Below, one piece after another: positions 26,218 to 32,000 of a DNA stretch of 32,000 nucleotides (the stretch's first letter is position 1; every line of letters starts with the position of its first letter). Location: positions 1 through 32,000 of the forward strand of contig NZ_LGHJ01000005.1 in assembly GCF_001306055.1 (NCBI RefSeq), read 5' to 3'. The DNA is from Bellilinea caldifistulae (GTDB lineage Bacteria; Chloroflexota; Anaerolineae; Anaerolineales; Anaerolineaceae). The translations under genes were made by a program, and so were the position numbers. The notes under the pieces are model-generated. The model ran no database searches. It was not told the origin of the DNA and saw only the letters and a program-made list of their open reading frames with translations.

Positions 26218-27498
26218 ATGGAAAAATTTATTATAGAAGGCGGACATCCTCTGCATGGAGAGGTAACCCCAGCAGGCAATAAAAATGCAGCACTTCCATT
26301 GCTGGCAGCCTGTTTATTAACCGATGAACCGGTAATCCTGAGAAACGTTCCAGATATTCTGGACGTTCGTACAATGCGAGCCTTACTCGAAAGTCTTGGT
26401 GTTGAAATTAAACCACTGGATACCCACACATGGCAGGTTCAAGCCAAAGTCATCCGTCCTGCCGACCTGGATCCCGATTTGACTCGTAAAATTCGTGCTT
26501 CTATTCTTCTGGCAGGACCGATGACCGCCCGTATGGGTGAATTGCGGCTGCCTCCGCCGGGAGGAGATGTCATTGGCCGTCGAAGAGTGGATACCCATAT
26601 CCTCGCATTGACCAAACTTGGCGCCAGGGTAACTTACGACCGTTATTTTTACTTTTCTGCAAGCGGTTTAACCGGTGCGGATATTCTGCTGGACGAAGCC
26701 AGTGTAACGGCAACTGAAAACGCAATTATGGCTTGTGTAACCGCCAGAGGTAAAAGCGTAATCCGTAATGCTGCTTCCGAACCACATATTCAGGAATTGT
26801 GCCACTTTTTGAATACCCTGGGTGCAAAAATTGAAAATATCGGCTCTAATACCTTACATATCACCGGGGTCGAGAAACTTCATGGGGGTGAATTTACTAT
26901 TGGTCCAGATTACTTAGAGGTAGTCAGTTTCATTGGGGCTGCCGCGGTGACGAAAGGTGAAATTTGGATCCGCAACGCTGGTAATCAGTATCTGGATATG
27001 ATACGTTTGGTATTTGGACGATTAGGAGTTCACTGGGAAACCCATGGAGATGATATTTTCGTCCCTTCAAAGCAGAAACTGGAGATTGAACCTGATCTGG
27101 GAAACGCAATTCCAGAAATCAGCGTGATGCCCTGGCCCTCTTTTCCAACCGATTTGATGAGCATCGCCCTTGTCGTCGCTACCCAATCAAAGGGGACAGT
27201 TCTCTTTCATGACTGGATGTACCCAAGTCGCATGTTTTTCACCGATAAGCTGGTGGGAATGGGTGCCCAAATCGTACTTTGTGACCCACACCGCTGCATC
27301 GTGCAAGGCCCCACGGAATTGTATGGTGAAAAAATGGAAAGTCCGGATATCCGCGCCGGAATGGCTCTGGTACTCGCCGCTCTTTCTGCCAAAGGCACTT
27401 CGGTGATCCGTAACATTGGTCAAATTGACCGTGGTTACGAAAAAGTAGATCAGAAACTCGCAGCCCTTGGGGCCAAAATTCAGCGAGCGATCGAATAA
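26218..27498 (+). CDS. murA: UDP-N-acetylglucosamine 1-carboxyvinyltransferase MurA (Asp at the fosfomycin-target position)
   Basis: MEKFIIEGGHPLHGEVTPAGNKNAALPLLAA, LPPPGGDVIGRRRVDTH, and a C-terminus IDRGYEKVDQKLAALGAKI. AGGAGG lies 5 nt before ATG 26218. The track's 48-codon 5' extension overlaps the divergent gene. Confidence 0.92.
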   Translation: MEKFIIEGGHPLHGEVTPAGNKNAALPLLAACLLTDEPVILRNVPDILDVRTMRALLESLGVEIKPLDTHTWQVQAKVIRPADLDPDLTRKIRASILLAGPMTARMGELRLPPPGGDVIGRRRVDTHILALTKLGARVTYDRYFYFSASGLTGADILLDEASVTATENAIMACVTARGKSVIRNAASEPHIQELCHFLNTLGAKIENIGSNTLHITGVEKLHGGEFTIGPDYLEVVSFIGAAAVTKGEIWIRNAGNQYLDMIRLVFGRLGVHWETHGDDIFVPSKQKLEIEPDLGNAIPEISVMPWPSFPTDLMSIALVVATQSKGTVLFHDWMYPSRMFFTDKLVGMGAQIVLCDPHRCIVQGPTELYGEKMESPDIRAGMALVLAALSAKGTSVIRNIGQIDRGYEKVDQKLAALGAKIQRAIE

Positions 27499-27503
27499 CC
27501 ATC

Positions 27504-27536
27504 AAAAAAAATCCCGGTGAGCCCGGGATTTTTTTT
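27504..27536. terminator. bidirectional rho-independent terminator shared by murA (+) and trxA (-)
   Basis: A-tract 27504-27511. Stem AATCCCGG (27510-27517) pairs with CCGGGATT (27523-27530). Loop TGAGC. T-tract 27529-27536. Confidence 0.85.
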
Positions 27537-27555
27537 GAAAGTTTGTATTTTTTTT

Positions 27556-27915
27556 TCAATTGTTCTTGGCGGAAGCGCTTTGAACAACTTCCAAAAATTG
27601 ATCCAGAATCTCACGCAGCATTCCCTCGGGCAAAGCACCCACCTGACGATGTACCACCTTTCCGTTGGCAACAAATAACATCGTAGGAATACCCTGAACG
27701 CCATAACGCATTGCCCATTCGGGGTTCTCGTCCGTATTAACTTTTGCGACAATTAATTTTCCAGCATACTCCGCAGCAATTTTATCGAGAATTGGAGCAA
27801 CCATTCGGCAAGGACCACACCATGGCGCCCAAAAATCAACAATCACCGGCAGATTTGACTGAAGAACCGTTTTTTCAAATGCCGCATCGGTTACATGCAC
27901 TGGTTCTTTAATCAT
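27556..27915 (-). CDS. trxA: thioredoxin
   Basis: VDFWAPWCGPCRMVAP active site, 119 aa. Confidence 0.93.
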   Translation of the reverse strand: MIKEPVHVTDAAFEKTVLQSNLPVIVDFWAPWCGPCRMVAPILDKIAAEYAGKLIVAKVNTDENPEWAMRYGVQGIPTMLFVANGKVVHRQVGALPEGMLREILDQFLEVVQSASAKNN

Positions 27916-27943
27916 TCCTCTCTCCTCTCAATGAGTTTAGTAT

Positions 27944-27952
27944 AGTATACCA
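27944..27952 (-). promoter_or_regulatory. candidate extended -10 promoter element for trxA
   Basis: The minus strand reads TGGTATACT (TGn + TATACT) about 29 nt upstream of the trxA ATG. The -35 is poor. Confidence 0.3.
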
Positions 27953-28004
27953 TTTGATAAAAATTCATGTAGAATTTGATGCATTTTCACCACAAAAGTT
28001 GCAC

Positions 28005-28055
28005 AAAAAACTCAGACCTCTCATTAAGGTGTGAAGTTGCCGGGAGAGGTCTGAG
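28005..28055 (-). terminator. rho-independent terminator of hsp20
   Basis: 12-bp stem (28011-28022 ctcagacctctc pairs with 28044-28055 gagaggtctgag). On the minus strand it is followed by TTTTTT (28005-28010). It starts 35 nt after the hsp20 stop. The loop is long, 21 nt. Confidence 0.6.
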
Positions 28056-28090
28056 ACAATTTCTCTCGTCTTCCTGATCACCGGTGATAA

Positions 28091-28531
28091 TCACTTAACT
28101 TTTACCGAGATCGTCTTGGGACGAACCTCCTCCACCTTGGGCAATATCAGCGTAAGTATACCATTTTCATACTCGGCTTTGGCTTTGTCCACATTGACAG
28201 TCACCGGCAACTGGACAGAACGGGTGATCATGCCGCTCCGACGTTCGCGGATATGATAGATGGCATCTTCATTGACCTTTTCTTCTTTAACTTCACCACG
28301 AATAGTGAGCACTCCATTTGCAACCGAAATATGGATATCTTCCGGTTTTACACCCGGCAGAACAGCTTTGACGACCACCTCATCATTGGTCTGATACATA
28401 TCCAGCGCCATCCACTCATATCCGCGCCAGCCTTCTAATTGGCGAGTTAACATGTTGTCGAAAACTTGATCCATCATTGAACGCAGTGTTGCCATTTCGC
28501 GGAAGGGATCAAAAACGGTCAGGTTTGCCAT
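28091..28531 (-). CDS. small heat-shock protein, Hsp20/alpha-crystallin family
   Basis: Alpha-crystallin domain AVLPGVKPEDIHISVANGVLTIRGE and ENGILTLILPK, 146 aa. Confidence 0.92.
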   Translation of the reverse strand: MANLTVFDPFREMATLRSMMDQVFDNMLTRQLEGWRGYEWMALDMYQTNDEVVVKAVLPGVKPEDIHISVANGVLTIRGEVKEEKVNEDAIYHIRERRSGMITRSVQLPVTVNVDKAKAEYENGILTLILPKVEEVRPKTISVKVK

Positions 28532-28556
28532 AATCCACCTCCTTCAGAATCAATAA

Positions 28557-28595
28557 ATTCTTATGCTCTTATTTAACATCGAAGAACATAAGAAT
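28557..28595. promoter_or_regulatory. inverted repeat in the hsp20 upstream/leader region
   Basis: ATTCTTATG (28557-28565) pairs with CATAAGAAT (28587-28595) with 21-nt spacing. It lies 26-64 nt upstream of the hsp20 ATG. Confidence 0.3.
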
Positions 28596-28636
28596 ACTGC
28601 ATAAAAATTATTAATGTTTTGTTGAAAAAATGCAGA

Positions 28637-29377
28637 CTAATCGGATGATTTCTTGGACGCCTCTCGCGAGAAGTCCACGAAGCGATAGCCCACCCCTCTT
28701 TCAGTGAGAATATACTTGGGGTTTGCCGGATCTTTCTCCAATTTTTGACGGAGATAGTTGATATACAATCTCACATAATGTGGCTCATCTCGATATTCGT
28801 AGCCCCACACCTTTGAAAGCAATTGGTCATACGTCATGACCCACCCTGCATTTTGAACCAGATGATACAGCAGCCGATATTCTGTCGGACGTAATTTGAC
28901 CAATTTGCCATCCACCCACACTTCTCGTCTGCCAAAATCAATTTTCAAACGATCGTCAATCTCATAGACTTCCTTGGAACCAAAACCGCTGGCTTCTGTT
29001 CGACGCAAAACAGCCCGAACCCGGCTAACCAGTTCCCTCGGACTGAAAGGTTTGGTTACATAGTCATCCGCACCCAATTCCAATCCACGCACCCGGTCAT
29101 CCTCTTCCCCCTTCGCCGTCAACATGATCACCGGCACATTACTGATCTCCCGAATCATTTTCAAAACTTCAAAGCCATCCAGATCCGGCATCATAACATC
29201 CAAAATTACGACATCCGGCATGGCATCTCTGAGTTGATGAATTGCTTCGAGTCCACGGTGCGCTTCCACCACCCTGAATCCATCATGTTCCAGATTCAAA
29301 CGGATGAAGCGTGCCATTCGTTCTTCGTCGTCCACAACGAGAATGACGCGATTCTTAAAATCTTCATCTTGAGACAT
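28637..29377 (-). CDS. OmpR/PhoB-family response regulator (receiver + winged helix)
   Basis: VVDDEE, ILDVMMPDLDG (phospho-acceptor Asp context), MLTAKG, VTKPF. C-terminal RLLYHLVQNAG and ERGVGYRF. Confidence 0.9.
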   Translation of the reverse strand: MSQDEDFKNRVILVVDDEERMARFIRLNLEHDGFRVVEAHRGLEAIHQLRDAMPDVVILDVMMPDLDGFEVLKMIREISNVPVIMLTAKGEEDDRVRGLELGADDYVTKPFSPRELVSRVRAVLRRTEASGFGSKEVYEIDDRLKIDFGRREVWVDGKLVKLRPTEYRLLYHLVQNAGWVMTYDQLLSKVWGYEYRDEPHYVRLYINYLRQKLEKDPANPKYILTERGVGYRFVDFSREASKKSSD

Positions 29378-29381
29378 GGGT

Positions 29382-29621
29382 TTATTCCCTTACGAAGGTT
29401 ATAATCTCTTCTTCCTCACTGGTCGGTAGAATTTCAATGAAGGTAATTCGACTCATCGGCCAAATCACCGTCGTAACATTCGGTTCAAGATAGTGTAAAT
29501 CCTTGCCATCCCTTTTTCTGGGATTTTTGAGGATAACTAAATTATCGGCGGGTGACGGTAAAGTGTCAACCTCACCAACGACGGGATCTTCATTTACAAT
29601 GTGGAGGATTAAGGTTGGCAT
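29382..29621 (-). CDS. 79-aa conserved-looking hypothetical protein (possible small beta/Sm-like fold)
   Basis: Intact ORF packed between the FHA gene (13-nt gap) and the response regulator (4-nt gap) on the same strand. No recognised motif. Acidic tail SEEEEIITFVRE. Confidence 0.55.
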   Translation of the reverse strand: MPTLILHIVNEDPVVGEVDTLPSPADNLVILKNPRKRDGKDLHYLEPNVTTVIWPMSRITFIEILPTSEEEEIITFVRE

Positions 29622-29634
29622 TGCACCGTTCCGT

Positions 29635-30168
29635 TTATTTGTGAATAATCAATTGAAATTTTAACTTTCCCAACGCAATGACATCCCCATGCTTGACCGG
29701 ATAATCAACATGGGGCACAATTTTCTGTCCATTGACCCGGGTACCGTTAGCCGATCCCAAATCCATGATGGCTACCCGCTGCGATCCAATTTTGATTGCT
29801 GCGTGAAGTCGGGAAACCCCTTGCGTGTACGCTTCAAATTCAGATAAATCAACGTCCGGTAAAATGGGCTGCCCTTCGGCAATTCGCCCCAACGAAAACT
29901 CTGTCCTTCCGCTCAGGTGTATGGTTCTCCCCGAATCAATCATATGCAGAGATACAACCGGCTCCGATCCTTCGGCTACTGCTGTTTCAATTTTCACCTC
30001 TGGTATCGGCGCGCTGGAAAAAACTGCGCTTCCATTCAAAATATCCGAATTGACTTTTTCGAGATTTTGAGTGGTCAGCGTATCAACAGAAGTTAACTGG
30101 GCTCCACATTCACTACAAAACAAAGCACCCGGCAACTCCTGGTGCTGACAATTAGGGCATCGAATCAT
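29635..30168 (-). CDS. zinc-ribbon + FHA domain protein
   Basis: CPNC-x12-CSEC N-terminal zinc ribbon. FHA core FSLGR...GVSRLHAAI...DLGSANGTRVNGQKI. ATGA overlap with the upstream gene. Confidence 0.88.
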   Translation of the reverse strand: MIRCPNCQHQELPGALFCSECGAQLTSVDTLTTQNLEKVNSDILNGSAVFSSAPIPEVKIETAVAEGSEPVVSLHMIDSGRTIHLSGRTEFSLGRIAEGQPILPDVDLSEFEAYTQGVSRLHAAIKIGSQRVAIMDLGSANGTRVNGQKIVPHVDYPVKHGDVIALGKLKFQLIIHK

Positions 30169-31640
30169 GACTCCCTCCTTGCCGGACTGGGCAATAAAAA
30201 CAACGCTCGTGTGCCATACTTAATCTTCTTATCCCCTTCTTTACTGAATGAATGGGTTCTCTGAATATGATCCGCCTCAACAAGAACCGTTTTCGCCAGT
30301 TCACGATCTCCCTGTGCAAGCAAATGCGTCGCCAAATGCTGCAAATGGCGCGTTGCTTTCCCAATATCTCCTGCCAATACTTCCAGCCGGGCCTTTTCCT
30401 GCAACCGATAGAGGGTAATCTTTGACATTGCTTGAAGGATGGAAGTAGGGGGTTTCTCCGTCTGCCAATTCTCTCTGGTCTGTCGGGTAAGATGGATCGG
30501 ATAACGGCCAAACGGATTCGCCAGGGATGGAACCTGCATTTGAATATGCCCTCTTAATAATTCAACCTCAATTTGGGTGCTGGAGAGAGGAGGTAGTTTG
30601 AATTCTAATATGATACTGGTTTTTTTTCCATACTCAATTGTACCCAAAGGTATGGGCGATTCATTGCCAAGTGGCGTTATATCCGGATGAATGCGAAATA
30701 CATAGCGGAGCTCGATACCTTCAGCCAAATTAAAAAACCATTCGATTTTTCTCGCGTAACTGACGGAAATTGATTTGATTTTATTTTCAATAAATTGGGT
30801 TAAGTCCTCATTACGGCTAACATAAATCGCATTTCCTCCGCTTAAAGCCGCAATCCGATCCAGGAAAATATCGTTCCATTCGTCCCCTATTCCCAGGGCA
30901 TTGATGGGCACACCTTCCTCTCTGGCCTGAGCGGCCAGATCAATGCAATTTTGTTCATCTCCGTAGGTATGCCCATCCGTAATTAAAATCAGCTGTTTAA
31001 TCATTCCTTCCCGGCTAAACCGTTGAATGAGGTCATAGCCGGTAGAAAGACCCTGGAAGATTTCTGTCGCCCCTCCAACCTGCAATTTACTGATCACACC
31101 ATCCACTGCCGCCGGATCTTCCAGCTCTTTCGGGGGCAAAATCACCTCAGCCCGATCACTGAATGCCACGATGGACAACCGATCCTTTGTTCTCAACTTC
31201 CTTGCCAGGTAGATGATATTTTGCCGCACCATGTCAATACGATCACCTCGCATAGAGTTAGACCGATCTACAACCAGGCAAACATGAATGGGTGGCAGGT
31301 CTTTGGGATCAGGTTGTTTGGGTGTGTCCAATTCCATCAGGACGTAAAAGAGTTGAGGCTCTTCCAACAATGGAATTTGTGACCGCCCGTAGGTGATCGA
31401 AATATTAACCGCCGGCAATTCTTTTAACTCCGCCGGGAGTTGTTCATCATAGGCTGTGCGTTTTTTAGGATTAGAAAGTACCTCGTAGGCTTCCTGGATT
31501 TGTAAAAACTTTTGTTTGGCAAATGGATCGGGATTAACATCCGGATGAAAACGTCGAGCAGCCTCGAAGTACGCCGTCCGGATTTCTTCCGCACTGGCAT
31601 TGAAAGGCAATTCGAGGACTTGATAAAAAGTCGTTTTCAT
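30165..31640 (-). CDS. J-domain / von Willebrand factor A (vWA) fusion protein with a beta-rich and helical C-terminal region
   Basis: J domain FYQVLELPFNASAEEIRTAYFEAARRFHPDVNPD...AYEVLSNPKKRTAYD carries the HPD motif. vWA has a complete MIDAS: VVDRSNSM (DxSxS), GGATEI (Thr), LITDGH (Asp). Confidence 0.85.
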   Translation of the reverse strand: MKTTFYQVLELPFNASAEEIRTAYFEAARRFHPDVNPDPFAKQKFLQIQEAYEVLSNPKKRTAYDEQLPAELKELPAVNISITYGRSQIPLLEEPQLFYVLMELDTPKQPDPKDLPPIHVCLVVDRSNSMRGDRIDMVRQNIIYLARKLRTKDRLSIVAFSDRAEVILPPKELEDPAAVDGVISKLQVGGATEIFQGLSTGYDLIQRFSREGMIKQLILITDGHTYGDEQNCIDLAAQAREEGVPINALGIGDEWNDIFLDRIAALSGGNAIYVSRNEDLTQFIENKIKSISVSYARKIEWFFNLAEGIELRYVFRIHPDITPLGNESPIPLGTIEYGKKTSIILEFKLPPLSSTQIEVELLRGHIQMQVPSLANPFGRYPIHLTRQTRENWQTEKPPTSILQAMSKITLYRLQEKARLEVLAGDIGKATRHLQHLATHLLAQGDRELAKTVLVEADHIQRTHSFSKEGDKKIKYGTRALFLLPSPARRES

Positions 31641-31650
31641 TCTTTAACTT

Positions 31651-32000
31651 CTAGAAATACTGAACTAGAACCACACTGATATTGTCTGGACCTCCAGCAA
31701 GATTAGCGGCATCCACAAGATTTTTACAGGCAACGGAGGGATTGCGGGCACTGGCAATGATTTGGAATATCTCAGCTTCCGGCACCACTCCCCATAAGCC
31801 ATCGCTACAAATCATCAAATACCCTGGATGAGGCATTGGTAAGGATTGAATATCTGGACGGAACGGCTCGGCCTGACCGAGGGCACGATAAAGTACATTT
31901 CGATTGGGATGGACGGAAGCCTCCTGTTCGGTGATTTGACCCAATTCAACCAGGCGGCGCACCAGCGAATGATCCTGGGTTATCAACTGCATTCTACCAT
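31651..32000 (-). CDS. PP2C-family Ser/Thr protein phosphatase (C-terminal part; gene continues beyond the window end)
   Basis: ITQDHSLVRRLVELGQITEQEASVHPNRNVLYRALG, LMICSDGLWGVV, GGPDNISVVLV. The frame stays open upstream of the track's Met at 31992. Confidence 0.85.
   Translation of the reverse strand, partial: GRMQLITQDHSLVRRLVELGQITEQEASVHPNRNVLYRALGQAEPFRPDIQSLPMPHPGYLMICSDGLWGVVPEAEIFQIIASARNPSVACKNLVDAANLAGGPDNISVVLVQYF

Noticed and set aside
27239-27752. Minus-strand ORFs 27239..27559 and 27480..27752 spanning the murA 3' end, the terminator and trxA
   Set aside because: They cross a strong bidirectional terminator and overlap two well-supported genes out of frame.
28532-28636. CIRCE (TTAGCACTC-N9-GAGTGCTAA) or HAIR (CTTGAGT-N7-ACTCAAG) heat-shock operators upstream of hsp20
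   Set aside because: Neither consensus is present on either strand. Only the unrelated ATTCTTATG-N21-CATAAGAAT repeat is seen.
30152-30511. 119-aa minus-strand ORF overlapping the 3' end of the J-vWA gene
   Set aside because: It is out of frame within a well-supported CDS, with Arg-rich shadow composition.
1-32000. CRISPR arrays, rRNA genes, prophage or integrase genes, toxin-antitoxin pairs and known defence-system signatures
   Set aside because: Reading both strands, I found no regularly spaced direct repeats, rRNA-like stretches, integrase or recombinase motifs, or small adjacent ORF pairs of TA type. Apart from the left edge, the window looks like core chromosome.

Overview
Gene-dense bacterial chromosomal window: about 31 intact CDS, one tRNA, short intergenic gaps and many 4-nt start/stop overlaps. 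I saw no rRNA, CRISPR array, prophage or obvious defence island. All functional calls rest on reading motifs in the supplied translations; no similarity search was run. The protein content (many GT-C membrane glycosyltransferases, a scpB-rluB pair, a PPi-type PFK, FHA/PP2C signalling) suggests a monoderm Chloroflexota/Anaerolineae-like organism, but this is inference only.

Layout:
- 1-252: tRNA-Leu(GAG) with a consensus sigma70 promoter and an intrinsic terminator. A possible IS1182-like transposase start runs off the left edge.
- 292-5098: plsX, a NERD-like membrane protein, rluB, scpB and a DUF348/G5/beta-propeller lipoprotein.
- 5125-9302: a tightly coupled plus-strand operon of UDP-glucuronate decarboxylase, GtrA, a ChlI/BchI-type AAA+ ATPase, a UROD-family protein and rsmD.
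- 9306-16520: a minus-strand run of NUDIX, PPi-type PFK, an orphan DegS-like histidine kinase and three polytopic glycosyltransferases.
- 16580-21969: a C-N hydrolase plus three more GT-C-like membrane proteins.
- 22037-28531: GNAT, a YyaL-like thioredoxin-domain protein, an alpha/beta hydrolase, murA (natural Cys-to-Asp at the fosfomycin site), trxA and hsp20.
- 28637-32000: a five-gene minus-strand operon of PP2C, a J-domain/vWA fusion, a zinc-ribbon/FHA protein, a 79-aa unknown and an orphan OmpR regulator.

The two most system-like candidates:
1. The PP2C / J-vWA / FHA / small protein / OmpR operon next to hsp20-trxA, possibly linking phospho-Thr signalling to Hsp70 recruitment.
2. The array of six paralogous GT-C/GT87-type membrane glycosyltransferases, with a UXS-GtrA pair nearby, which may be an extracytoplasmic lipid-linked glycan assembly line.
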